Part shown: positions 29,937 to 39,249 of the stretch, piece by piece
Layout of the letters: each line of letters starts with the position of its first letter
Position numbering within the stretch: position 1 is the first letter of the stretch
Assembly (NCBI GenBank): GCA_002009975.1
Contig: MTLP01000012.1
Location: 1-64,000 of the forward strand
Length of the DNA stretch: 64,000 nucleotides
Direction of reading: 5' to 3'
DNA from: Thermococcus sp. JdFR-02
Lineage (GTDB): Archaea; Methanobacteriota_B; Thermococci; Thermococcales; Thermococcaceae
Made by a program: the position numbers and the translations under genes
The notes under the pieces: generated by a model
What the model saw: only the letters and a program-made list of their open reading frames with translations
Databases searched by the model: none
Told to the model about the DNA's origin: nothing

Positions 29937-31532
29937 ATGGGTGATTTCGGTGTGTTATCTTTGCTGCCCCCATTAGTAGCTATTATATTGGCTATTTGGA
30001 CAAAAAGAGTATTATTGGCCTTGTTTGCTGGTGTTTGGATTGGTGGAGTAATGGTTGCAGGAGGAAACCCAATTACAGGGACTACACAAACTTTGGACTG
30101 GATAGTTGGAAATGCAATTGACGACTGGAATGCAAAGATTCTACTGTTCGACTTCTTAATCGGTGCAGGAGTAGGATTGATTTATAAGTCTGGTGGAGCT
30201 ATGGCAATTGCAAGAGCCCTAACTAAAACAGTAAGAACGAGCAAAGCAGCATCACTTATGGGTTGGCTCTTGGGTGTTTTGATCTTCTTTGATGACTATA
30301 CAAACACAATTATTGTAGGTAACACAATGAGACCAATTACAGACAAAACCAGGGTTTCAAGAGAAATGTTAGCCTATATTGACGATTCTACCGCTGCTCC
30401 TGTTGCAGGTTTAGCACTAGTTTCAACATGGATTGGTTTTGAGGTAGGTTTAATCGGTGAGTCATTCCAAGATCTTGGAGTTACTTTAGGTCCTTATGCT
30501 GCTTGGGTTTCAAGTGTCCCATACAGATTCTACTCAATATTTGCAATTATCTTGGTGTTCCTAGTTGCCTTTACACACAGACACTACGGTCCAATGCTTC
30601 ATGCTGAATATAGGGCAAGAACAGAAGGAAAAGTTCTAAGAGATGGAGCTAAACCAATGATGACTACTGAAATTGACCTTGGATTACCAAAAGAGGGAGG
30701 AAACGTCTGGACATTCATACTACCAATTCTTACATTAGTATTTGTAACTCTCTATGGAATGTGGGTTACTGGAGGAGGAGGCGAAGTTTACGCCACAGAT
30801 GGACTGATGGGAGTTCTTTCAAACTCTGATCCAGCTTTAGCTTTGCTTTGGGGTTCATTTACAATGGTCGTCGTTGCATTCTTCTTGGTCTTGCTATTCA
30901 AACAAATGAGCCTTGAGGAAGCTGAAACAGCCATAATTCAAGGTATGAAGCAAATGATTATTGCAAACTCCATATTGCTCTTAGCATGGAGCATTAAGAG
31001 TGCAACTGACGCTGTCGGAACTGCCCCATACGTGGTTGATTTAGCCCAAAGAGCTGGTGTGAGTGCAGGAATAGTGCCATTAATAATCTTCTTAGTTGCA
31101 ATGTTTATCTCATTCACAACTGGAACATCTTGGGGAACATTCTCAATAATGATGCCAATAGCAATTCCATTAGCTTATCACGTGAGCGGTGAAGTTGGAC
31201 CAGTATTATTTGCAAGCATCGGTGCGGTCTTTGCAGGTGGTATCTTTGGTGACCACTGTTCACCAATTAGTGATACAACAATTATGAGTTCAATGTTCTC
31301 TGGAAGCGACCACATAGATCACGTTACAACCCAAATACCTTATGCCGTAACAGCTGCAGGTGCTGGAATAATACTATACCTGCTCTTTGCAGTTGGACTT
31401 AGAGCTTGGCTAATCCTACTACCAATTGGACTAATTATTCTAGTTGGCGCACACTACCTCTTAAGCGAATGGTACGGCAAGAAATATGGAATTCCACATG
31501 GAAAAGTCCCAATATATGTAGTTGAAGAATGA
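29937..31532 (+). CDS. NhaC-family (Na+/H+ antiporter-like) transporter, probably amino acid transport
   Basis: IFFDDYTN, SREMLAYIDDSTAAP, FTTGTSWGT, GDHCSPISDTT, HIDHVTTQIPYA. Confidence 0.9.
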   Translation: MGDFGVLSLLPPLVAIILAIWTKRVLLALFAGVWIGGVMVAGGNPITGTTQTLDWIVGNAIDDWNAKILLFDFLIGAGVGLIYKSGGAMAIARALTKTVRTSKAASLMGWLLGVLIFFDDYTNTIIVGNTMRPITDKTRVSREMLAYIDDSTAAPVAGLALVSTWIGFEVGLIGESFQDLGVTLGPYAAWVSSVPYRFYSIFAIILVFLVAFTHRHYGPMLHAEYRARTEGKVLRDGAKPMMTTEIDLGLPKEGGNVWTFILPILTLVFVTLYGMWVTGGGGEVYATDGLMGVLSNSDPALALLWGSFTMVVVAFFLVLLFKQMSLEEAETAIIQGMKQMIIANSILLLAWSIKSATDAVGTAPYVVDLAQRAGVSAGIVPLIIFLVAMFISFTTGTSWGTFSIMMPIAIPLAYHVSGEVGPVLFASIGAVFAGGIFGDHCSPISDTTIMSSMFSGSDHIDHVTTQIPYAVTAAGAGIILYLLFAVGLRAWLILLPIGLIILVGAHYLLSEWYGKKYGIPHGKVPIYVVEE

Positions 31533-31602
31533 ACTCCTTTTATATTTTATTTTTCACTAACTTTTAAAACTTCTTTTGAGAGTTTTCTTTGGAGGTGTAA
31601 AA

Positions 31603-32508
31603 GTGCTGATTAGAGCATTTATCCCAGCACATATCACAGCATTCTTTGTTCCAAAGTTCAATGATGATCCCCTATTAGCAGGTTCTTTGGGGGCGGGAGT
31701 CAACATTAACAAAGGAGTTAACATTTTTGTGAATATTGAAAATAGTTTAGAAAGGCATGTACATGTCGCATTTAATGGTGAACCTGTTAAAAAAAGAAAT
31801 GCCATAATTAGTTACTCAGTTGCTGAAGAATTAGTTCCAAAAGACTTTCTTGGAGAAGTTGGGATTTGGCAATACTTTGATTTTCCAAATGGATATGGTT
31901 TTGGCAATAGTGCTGGTGGAGCCTTGGGAACGGCTTTATCTTTAGCTTTTGCCTTTAAAAACATGACATTTCTTCAAGCCGCTCAAATTGCCCATAAATA
32001 TGAAGTTTTAAACAAAGGTGGTTTGGGTGATGTTATTGCTCAAATTCATGGAGGGATAGAGATCAGAGTAAAACCCGGCGCACCCGGGATTGGAGTTGTT
32101 GATAATATCTTTTCTGAAAATTATAGAGTTTTAACAGTTCCCTTTGGAAGATTAAGCACAAGGAAAGTTCTGGATAGTGATGTTGTAAAGCTAATTGAGA
32201 TTGAAGGGAAAAAAGCATTGGAAAAGCTTCTGGAAAAGCCAAACATTGAAAACCTAATGAAGTTAGCAAGAAGTTTTGCAGAGAGAACTGGACTTTTGAG
32301 TGGAGATCTCCTAGAGATTGCAAGAGAGCTCGACAAAAGTTTAAAGCTTCCAGCTTCTATGATTATGCTTGGCAAAAGCCTCTTTGCATTTTTGAAAGAT
32401 GAGGAGGTAGAAATGGTTCAGAAAACACTAGAAGAGCTTTCAATTCAAAACTATCAAATTTGTGGAATTTGGGAGGAAAAACCAAAAGTTGAAAGATGGA
32501 TTGGATAA
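31603..32508 (+). CDS. poK: pantoate kinase (GHMP family)
   Basis: FIPAHITAFF, GSLGAG, PNGYGFGNSAG, GLGDV; GTG 31603 after GGAGGTG. Confidence 0.9.
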   Translation: MLIRAFIPAHITAFFVPKFNDDPLLAGSLGAGVNINKGVNIFVNIENSLERHVHVAFNGEPVKKRNAIISYSVAEELVPKDFLGEVGIWQYFDFPNGYGFGNSAGGALGTALSLAFAFKNMTFLQAAQIAHKYEVLNKGGLGDVIAQIHGGIEIRVKPGAPGIGVVDNIFSENYRVLTVPFGRLSTRKVLDSDVVKLIEIEGKKALEKLLEKPNIENLMKLARSFAERTGLLSGDLLEIARELDKSLKLPASMIMLGKSLFAFLKDEEVEMVQKTLEELSIQNYQICGIWEEKPKVERWIG

Positions 32509-32593
32509 TTGTCTATAAGATAAAGATTAATAGAAAAAGTTTATATCACATAACGTTTAAACACAAATTGGAACGTTAAAATTAGGTGAGGGA

Positions 32594-33173
32594 AATGACC
32601 AAAAAAGTTAGGGTGATTACAGATCCCAAGGTTATAAAACTTATGCTTGAAGACACGAGGAGACAGATACTTCAACTTTTAAGAAATAAGGAGATGACAA
32701 TCTCCCAACTTTCCGAAATCCTTGGAAAAACGCCACAAACAATCTACCATCACATTGAAAAGCTCAAAGAAGCTGGACTTGTTGAGGTAAAGAGAACAGA
32801 GATGAAGGGGAATTTAGTTGAAAAATACTATGGGAGAACTGCAGACGCCTTTTATATTAACATGTATCTTGGAGATGAAGAGTTAAGATACTTTGCGAGA
32901 TCAAGGTTAAAGACAAAGTTGGATATATTTAAAGCTCTTGGATACTCTTTCAACGATGAGGAGCTTTTGGACATAATGGACAAACTTCTCGCAAAGGAGC
33001 ACGAGTATAAAATGGAGATTTCGAAGGAGATAGAAGCAAAGGAAGAATTACTAAAGGACTTCTCAAATGAGGACATAATCCATGCAATAGAATGGTTCTC
33101 AATGGCAAAGTTGGGAAGAGATGACGAAGCTTTAGAGTTATTGAAAAAACTGGGAGAAATACTTAAAAAGTAG
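32594..33173 (+). CDS. ArsR-like winged-HTH transcriptional regulator
   Basis: TRRQILQLL..MTISQLSEILGKTPQTIYHHIEKLKEAGLV. Confidence 0.88.
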
Positions 33174-33201
33174 GTTTCCTATGGGCTAAGGGGAAGTAAA
33201 G

Positions 33202-33507
33202 ATGGCAAAAGGTATTAGGTTGTTAGTGTTGGATGTCCTTAAGCCTCATCAACCTATGGTAACCGAACTTGCTTTAGGTTTGAGCGAGTTGAAAGGTGTA
33301 GATGGAGTTAACATAACTTTAGTTGAGATTGATAAAGAGACTGAGAACGTAAAAATAACGATTGTCGGAGATAACTTGGACTATGAGGAAATTGTGAGAA
33401 CGATTGAAGAGTTTGGTGGGGTAGTGCACAGCATAGACATGGTAGCCGCTGGAAAGAAGATCATTGAAGAAAGTGAGACCCCGCAAGACAAATTAGAAGA
33501 GTTTTAG
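33202..33507 (+). CDS. DUF211 family protein
   Basis: RLLVLDVLKPH, GGVVHSID motifs. Confidence 0.88.
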   Translation: MAKGIRLLVLDVLKPHQPMVTELALGLSELKGVDGVNITLVEIDKETENVKITIVGDNLDYEEIVRTIEEFGGVVHSIDMVAAGKKIIEESETPQDKLEEF

Positions 33508-33516
33508 TGAGCGATT

Positions 33517-34074
33517 ATGAAAGAGGTTATAATAGTAACAGATCCCAAAAAAGTTAGGGCACTTGCTGATCCTACCCGTTTTAAAATTTTAGAACTTTTA
33601 AGAATGCATCCGATGAGCATAAACGAACTTAGTCAGCTCTTAAATAAAGATAGATCCACAGTTTACAGACATGTGAAAACTTTAGAAAACTCTGGCTTCA
33701 TAGAAGAAATTGCCCAAGAGGGGAATGAAAAGATATATGGAAGAAAAGCGAGAATATTTTTACTTAAGTTTGAAGCTGATGAGACACTAAAAGAATTCAA
33801 GCAGAGATACATGAAAGTTGAAGCCAAAAGGATTTATGAGATCCTTACAAACTCTAAAATAAATGTAAAAGACAAAGAAACCTTCCTGAGGCTTGTTGAA
33901 GAGATTCTGAGAGATATAGAAGAATTCTCAAGACCAATCTTTAAGAAGATTTCAGAGTCAAACGTTGACATTAAAGAAGTTGAACTTTTGCACCTGCTTA
34001 ATCTACTTGTTCTTCTAAATTCTAATGAGCTGTGTGAAAAAGCCAAAGAATTAAGAGAAATCCTAGAATTCTAG
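33517..34074 (+). CDS. ArsR-like winged-HTH regulator (paralog of 32594-33173)
   Basis: ALADPTRFKILELL..STVYRHVKTLENSG. Confidence 0.85.
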   Translation: MKEVIIVTDPKKVRALADPTRFKILELLRMHPMSINELSQLLNKDRSTVYRHVKTLENSGFIEEIAQEGNEKIYGRKARIFLLKFEADETLKEFKQRYMKVEAKRIYEILTNSKINVKDKETFLRLVEEILRDIEEFSRPIFKKISESNVDIKEVELLHLLNLLVLLNSNELCEKAKELREILEF

Positions 34075-35505
34075 GACATGCTTAACGACATATGGTATCT
34101 TTTTTGCAACTTCCAAAGCTGTGAAATTTTCTCCCTTCTCTTCTTTAACCATATCGCCAGCGAGTCCATTTAAGAAAGCACCAACACTTGCGGCTCTTAA
34201 GGGACTGTTTCCTAAGGCTAAGAGAGAAACAATTACTCCAGCTAAAACATCACCAGTTCCCCCTGTGGTCATTCCTCTGTTGCCCGTTTTGTTGTACTTC
34301 CACTCTTCTCCATCGCTTATTATATCATAAGCTCCTTTGAGCAAGATTGTGCCGTTGATTTCTCTCGCCTTCTTGGTGACGAGCTTTGCTTTTTCCTCCA
34401 AGCTCCCCTCAGGCTTTTCACCAAAAAGTATTTTAAATTCCCCAGCATGTGGAGTCAAAACAAAAGTTTTACCCCTTAAAACGCTCAAGTCCTCAGCTAC
34501 GGCTTTTAATCCGTCAGCATCAATGACCATTGGCTTCTTGCAGTGCTTAACGAATTCTCTTACAAATTCTTTGGTCTCCCCACTCAATCCAATTCCCATT
34601 CCAATTGCTACGGCATCAGCCTTTTCTGCTAAAGCCAAGACTTCCTCTAGGAGCTCTTTTGAGAAGTTCTTACCCCTAACGGGTCTCAAAATTAAGTCTG
34701 GGTCGTTTATTCTCCTCGCACTTTCTTCAGGCATTGCTAGATAAACAAGATCAACTAAATAGGAAGCAGCTTTTGAAGCTAAATAAGGTGCCCCAAAGTA
34801 GTTCTCGCTTCCTCCGATTATCAAAACTTTGCCATTTTGACCCTTATGCTCTCCCTTTTTCCTTAAAGCAAACTTTGCATCCCCCGGACCGACTAAGTAA
34901 TAGAGCTCCTTTGGATAGCCAATCTTTGCTATTATCCTTTCAAAACCTTCGTATTCCTCTTTGTCCCATTGGAAAGTTACTGCAAAATCGCAATTTACCC
35001 TAACGCTCGAGGGATAGCCGCTCGGCAGATCAACACTAACTATCTTAGCTTTTCCGGCATATTCATTGATTTTCTTAACAGCGCTCCTTATTGGCTCTCT
35101 CGGCTCTCCCTTAGTTCCCGCGCCGAGTAAAGCATCAACTATAACATCAAAACCTTTCAAATCCAGAGCTTTTATTTGACTTGAGTCTTTAAGAACTTTA
35201 ATCTTTACAAAATCGAGCTTCTTGAGAATTTCCCAGTTATGCTTTGCCTCCTCACTTCTGATTTTCACCTCATCGCCGACTAAAAAGAGGGTCACATCGT
35301 TTTCAAAGCTCAAGTGCCTCGCTATTACAAAGCCGTCTCCGCCGTTGTTGCCTGTTCCGCAGAAAATCACCACTTTTAAGTTTTTTCCAAACTTCTCCTC
35401 AATTATCCTCGCCACACCCGCACCGGCATTTTCCATCAATTGAAAAGGTGAAATACTAAGCCACTTAGCGTTTATATCCCAAATGTAAACATCCTCAATT
35501 TTCAT
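34063..35505 (-). CDS. nnr: bifunctional NAD(P)H-hydrate epimerase/dehydratase
   Basis: LMENAG, GNNGGDG, VDALLGAG, HKGQNG, DADGL, LTPHAGEF, GGTGDVL; ATG 35505 after GGTGGTG. Confidence 0.95.
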   Translation of the reverse strand: MKIEDVYIWDINAKWLSISPFQLMENAGAGVARIIEEKFGKNLKVVIFCGTGNNGGDGFVIARHLSFENDVTLFLVGDEVKIRSEEAKHNWEILKKLDFVKIKVLKDSSQIKALDLKGFDVIVDALLGAGTKGEPREPIRSAVKKINEYAGKAKIVSVDLPSGYPSSVRVNCDFAVTFQWDKEEYEGFERIIAKIGYPKELYYLVGPGDAKFALRKKGEHKGQNGKVLIIGGSENYFGAPYLASKAASYLVDLVYLAMPEESARRINDPDLILRPVRGKNFSKELLEEVLALAEKADAVAIGMGIGLSGETKEFVREFVKHCKKPMVIDADGLKAVAEDLSVLRGKTFVLTPHAGEFKILFGEKPEGSLEEKAKLVTKKAREINGTILLKGAYDIISDGEEWKYNKTGNRGMTTGGTGDVLAGVIVSLLALGNSPLRAASVGAFLNGLAGDMVKEEKGENFTALEVAKKIPYVVKHVLEF

Positions 35506-35562
35506 GAACACCACCGTTAAAAATTTAAAAAAGAAAAGGTTAAAAGATTTAGCCAATGGAAC

Positions 35563-35860
35563 TTAAAGAACAATTCTCTTAAATGATCTGTAGTCCAAAA
35601 ACTTCCCAATAAGTATGAACGCAGAACCCAAGAGAATCATCAGACCAAGCAGGCATAAATTCTTTCGCTTTTTGGAATTATAATTTCGAAAAGTTGCTAC
35701 TGCTGTTAGAAAGCTCAACATTGCTCCAATTCGAAAGTATGCGAATTATATAGTTATTTCGTCTCTGTAGAGAAAGTACACCGCCCTAAATAATGTAGCT
35801 CCTAGACAATAACCCAAGTTCTCCTTTCCTATAATCGAGGCTATTACTATTCCAAAGAAG
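35563..35860 (-). pseudogene. decayed small membrane protein gene
   Basis: Hydrophobic frame FFGIVIASIIG...DEITI*FAYFRIGAMLSFL...LMILLGSAFILIG..RIVL* with an in-frame TAA at 35746-35748; no clear start. Confidence 0.45.
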
Positions 35861-36039
35861 GTGTTTTAAATATCACCACTTTTTGTCTTTCAGGTCCTTA
35901 GAAAGACCGAGTTCAAGGCAAAGTTATCAACAGTCCCGTCAATATAATATAGTTGAGAACTTTTAAGTTAATGATAAAGTTAGCTAGTCCAAATTACAAG
36001 AAGGAAGAGAAAGTATAGGAAGGCCTTTTTCATGTTTCA

Positions 36040-36939
36040 TCACCTAATTAAAGTTAGATTTTGGAAGATTAAAGTATAATTCATGTTTTCCGAAATTATG
36101 GAAAATCTAACGGGTAGTAAGTCTTCTTTCCTTATGAGAAGCATAATAGTAGAGTTGCTTTCAATTGTAGATAATCTATAAAAATCATGATATTCCTCAA
36201 GAGTCAAGTTTACATTCTTGAAATATGAGAAAATGTTTTGGAGATTAATGTCTTCTATGTGCTCACATGACATGATGTTCGTATGGATATCTTTTTTGTC
36301 ACTATTACTCCCATTGTATAGGATAACTGATGTTCCATTACAAGTCAAAATTTCTCCAGAGGGGATATCCTGAATTTTAAAAAGATTTGGCTTCTTAAAA
36401 AGATATAGATAAACACTAGACTCAGTATTGTTTAGAATGGATGTTGTTTCATGTATTATGGCCTTATATCCCTGAGCTTTTTCAAATTTTACAGTCATTT
36501 GAGTAAGGAGTGTTTTGGAGTTTAAACTTGTTTCATGGATAGATATAACTACTACAATAGCCAGCAAAATAACCCCCATAGCATATATTGCAAGAATCTT
36601 TTTAGGCATCTTGATATGCTTAGAGGATGCGTAATAAAGAAACATTACTCCGTTAAAAATTAAAAGCTTTAAAGAGATATCCTTTAGAGGAAAGCCCAAA
36701 TAGTAGTTACGGGTTAACAAGAGAAAAGAGACTAAAATCAGATATAAAGAAAAATTTTCAGGCTTTTGTTTGATCTCACTAAGGGAATTAAAAAACAGAT
36801 GAAGTAACAATAACGCCGTGATTATTCCAAGAGTTAATGAAAACATGAGGTTGAACTTTTCGATTTTCCTAAAATAAGCGTCAATGGAAAAGAGCAAAAA
36901 ACCAAGAATAACCAGAAAACCTCTAACTTCTTTTTTCAT
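36040..36939 (-). CDS. membrane protein (about 5 TM) fused to an extracellular LolA-like beta domain
   Basis: Hydrophobic N-terminal half; C-terminal YLFKKPNLFKI..ILTCNGTSVILYN..LIRKEDLLPVRF resembles LolA/DUF2092 fold. Confidence 0.65.
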   Translation of the reverse strand: MKKEVRGFLVILGFLLFSIDAYFRKIEKFNLMFSLTLGIITALLLLHLFFNSLSEIKQKPENFSLYLILVSFLLLTRNYYLGFPLKDISLKLLIFNGVMFLYYASSKHIKMPKKILAIYAMGVILLAIVVVISIHETSLNSKTLLTQMTVKFEKAQGYKAIIHETTSILNNTESSVYLYLFKKPNLFKIQDIPSGEILTCNGTSVILYNGSNSDKKDIHTNIMSCEHIEDINLQNIFSYFKNVNLTLEEYHDFYRLSTIESNSTIMLLIRKEDLLPVRFSIISENMNYTLIFQNLTLIR

Positions 36940-37129
36940 TTAACCATCTCCTAAACCATACTCGCGGAGGGATTGTTAGGATAGTGATAACAAGTGTTAT
37001 AACAAAAACCATGTAAGCTGGGACATTTAATCTCCCAGATTTCCATAAGTTACCCACTACAATAAAAATAATAAAATAAAGAGGTATTGAACGCCCAATT
37101 TCTTGTTTAACAATTATATCCATACCCAT
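36923..37129 (-). CDS. small 2-TM protein (candidate immunity factor)
   Basis: 68 aa, GGAGGT RBS immediately after precursor stop, two hydrophobic segments, basic C-terminus. Confidence 0.6.
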   Translation of the reverse strand: MGMDIIVKQEIGRSIPLYFIIFIVVGNLWKSGRLNVPAYMVFVITLVITILTIPPRVWFRRWLNEKRS

Positions 37130-37136
37130 ACCTCCA

Positions 37137-37826
37137 TTAAGAGAAATAACACTGCCCCATACAGTATCCTAAATCAGCCCCTAGACATATTGCACACGCT
37201 AAACATCCAACTCCAGTTGCAATACAAGTGGGACAGATATACACTAAGCAATCTAAACAATATCCTGTTGTACATTCCTGAAGCATACACCCTACAACAC
37301 ATTCCCAAAAGCCATCATCACTAGTTACATGAATTTGGCCATTTTCGGCAGTTGCTATTAACTCAATGTTTCCATTCTTATCAAGAGAATAGAACTCTAT
37401 TTTGCCAACACTATCCCCAGATAATGTCATCGTATACTTAACGGGCTTAATTTTGTTTGAAAGATAAACTACTACTGAAGACACTCTTACTCCTTCTTTG
37501 CTTTTCTCATATCCTATGGGAAATACTGCAAATGTTGCACTCTTTCCAGAAGAGGTTGAAATTTTGTAAACTTTTGCATTTTTTATTAACAGCGAAGGAA
37601 GCAAATTTGTATTTGCAATTAGTTTTTTAAGTTCATGTGAGTTAACTGCACTAGAGAGAAGCACATACTTTTGAATTCCAGTGATTTCTTCTAACCTCAG
37701 CTTTTCTTTAGTATATACACAGGTTTTTGGTTTTGCAATTTGCTGTTCTGCTAGTACTGGAGCTGCAATCATCCCCAAAATCAAGACTAAAACAAATAAC
37801 GAACCTAACATCATTTTTCGATTCAT
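37137..37826 (-). CDS. secreted precursor with C-terminal 12-Cys halocin-C8-like domain
   Basis: Signal peptide MNRKMMLGSLFVLVLILGMIAAPVLA; basic pro-region; C-terminus FWECVVGCMLQECTTGYCLDCLVYICPTCIATGVGCLACAICLGADLGYCMGQCYFS. Confidence 0.7.
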   Translation of the reverse strand: MNRKMMLGSLFVLVLILGMIAAPVLAEQQIAKPKTCVYTKEKLRLEEITGIQKYVLLSSAVNSHELKKLIANTNLLPSLLIKNAKVYKISTSSGKSATFAVFPIGYEKSKEGVRVSSVVVYLSNKIKPVKYTMTLSGDSVGKIEFYSLDKNGNIELIATAENGQIHVTSDDGFWECVVGCMLQECTTGYCLDCLVYICPTCIATGVGCLACAICLGADLGYCMGQCYFS

Positions 37827-38672
37827 AGGTAGGTCACTCGATAAACAATAAACAAAAAACAAATAAATATTTTTCGTAAACCAAAAGTTAAAGAAATCAA
37901 TAAGAGTTTGAGTAAATTTTTAATTCAAAGCAATTATTTTTATGTCTTTGAAATACTCAACATCACAATCGATTAAATAACATGTGTTACTGCCCTTAAT
38001 TTGACTTTTATTAGTGCTATTTTTAATTATAATCAATATCAAAAAGCTTGATATTACCTTACCACCCGTATTTTACTGTGATGAAAAGAAGGGGAAAATC
38101 TTAGTCCTGCTTTTTATTTTTGTTATTCTCGTCATAAGCCTTGATTTTAATGATAAAAACCACCAATTCATGTTGGAACTCGAAAAACAGACTCCTCAAA
38201 AATTTGTGCGTTCAACCAAAGTCACCCTTAAAAGAAGCTAAAAGAATTCATATCAAACAATACAATCTTCACAAACCCTCACCTCTTAGAGCAATTTCCA
38301 AGTTCTCAATGCAATGATGATAAATAACAGCATTGAAATTAATAGGAAAAGATACGAGTATGCTGTGCTCACCTTGGGAAATAAAATATAGCAGTTCTAT
38401 TGTCTTTAAGAGGAGGATGCTGGATAGACATTAAAATTTACAAAGATGGGGAATCACTTGTGAATTATGAACAGTTCTATGTGCTGTTTCAGATAAGCTC
38501 TACCTGCATGAGCATAGAATCCAAAGATGTGAAGTTTTTGGATGAAAATAAAACACCTTTAGTTTACTATGCATTGTTCTTAACCCAAGAACATCTCAGA
38601 GTTAAACATTTTCGGTAGCACTTCTGGACAAGTGTGTAATTTAATAAACTTTTTTACTCCCTCAATCAACAA

Positions 38673-39245
38673 TTACTCTAAAACTTTCAAAGCCCTCTCA
38701 TAATCCGCCCTTGAATAAAGCACAAGATAAACTTCTTTAACACTCTCAGCTTCCCTTGAAAACTCTTCCACAACTTCAATAAAAGTTTTAACAACCTCTT
38801 CCAGTGGACATCCATAGATGCCGGCACTTATGGCTGGAAATGCAATTGAAGAAATGTTTAGCTCTTCAGCTTTTCTTAATGGCCCGATTAACGCTTTTCT
38901 AAGCTTCTCCTTTAAGCTCCCATTCCATTTTCCACCACAATAAGGCCCAACCGTGTGGATAACGTATTTTATTCCAGAGCGCTCCATGTTTAAAGCGGGT
39001 GTAACAACGACTTCACCGTGCTCAATGTAATTTCTCCCAATCTGCTCTCTCATAGCCTCTTTGCTGATTTTGATGTATTCGTAAGGGTCTCCAGCTGCAG
39101 CTTTAGCAATGGCTAAAGCTACTCCTCCACCGTGCTCCAAATATTTGTTTGCCGCATTAACTATCGCCTCCGCTGGAAACCTAGTTATGTCTCCTTGGGC
39201 GAGCTTAAAAGTTAAATTTCTAAAGGTAAGTTCTTTTAAAATCAT
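38673..39245 (-). CDS. macro-domain ADP-ribose-binding/hydrolase
   Basis: GDIT, AIVNAAN..HGGGVA, VIHTVGP, IAFPAISAGIYG; ATG 39245 after GAGGTGA. Confidence 0.93.
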   Translation of the reverse strand: MILKELTFRNLTFKLAQGDITRFPAEAIVNAANKYLEHGGGVALAIAKAAAGDPYEYIKISKEAMREQIGRNYIEHGEVVVTPALNMERSGIKYVIHTVGPYCGGKWNGSLKEKLRKALIGPLRKAEELNISSIAFPAISAGIYGCPLEEVVKTFIEVVEEFSREAESVKEVYLVLYSRADYERALKVLE

Positions 39246-39249
39246 ACTC

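Noticed and set aside
38313-38370. ATGATGA C-box-like motif
   Set aside because: No convincing C' and D boxes at proper spacing; it coincides with Ile-Ile codons of a minus-strand gene remnant.
38014-38618. Short plus-strand ORFs (75 and 72 aa)
   Set aside because: No RBS, non-ATG starts, no recognisable motifs; region looks decayed.
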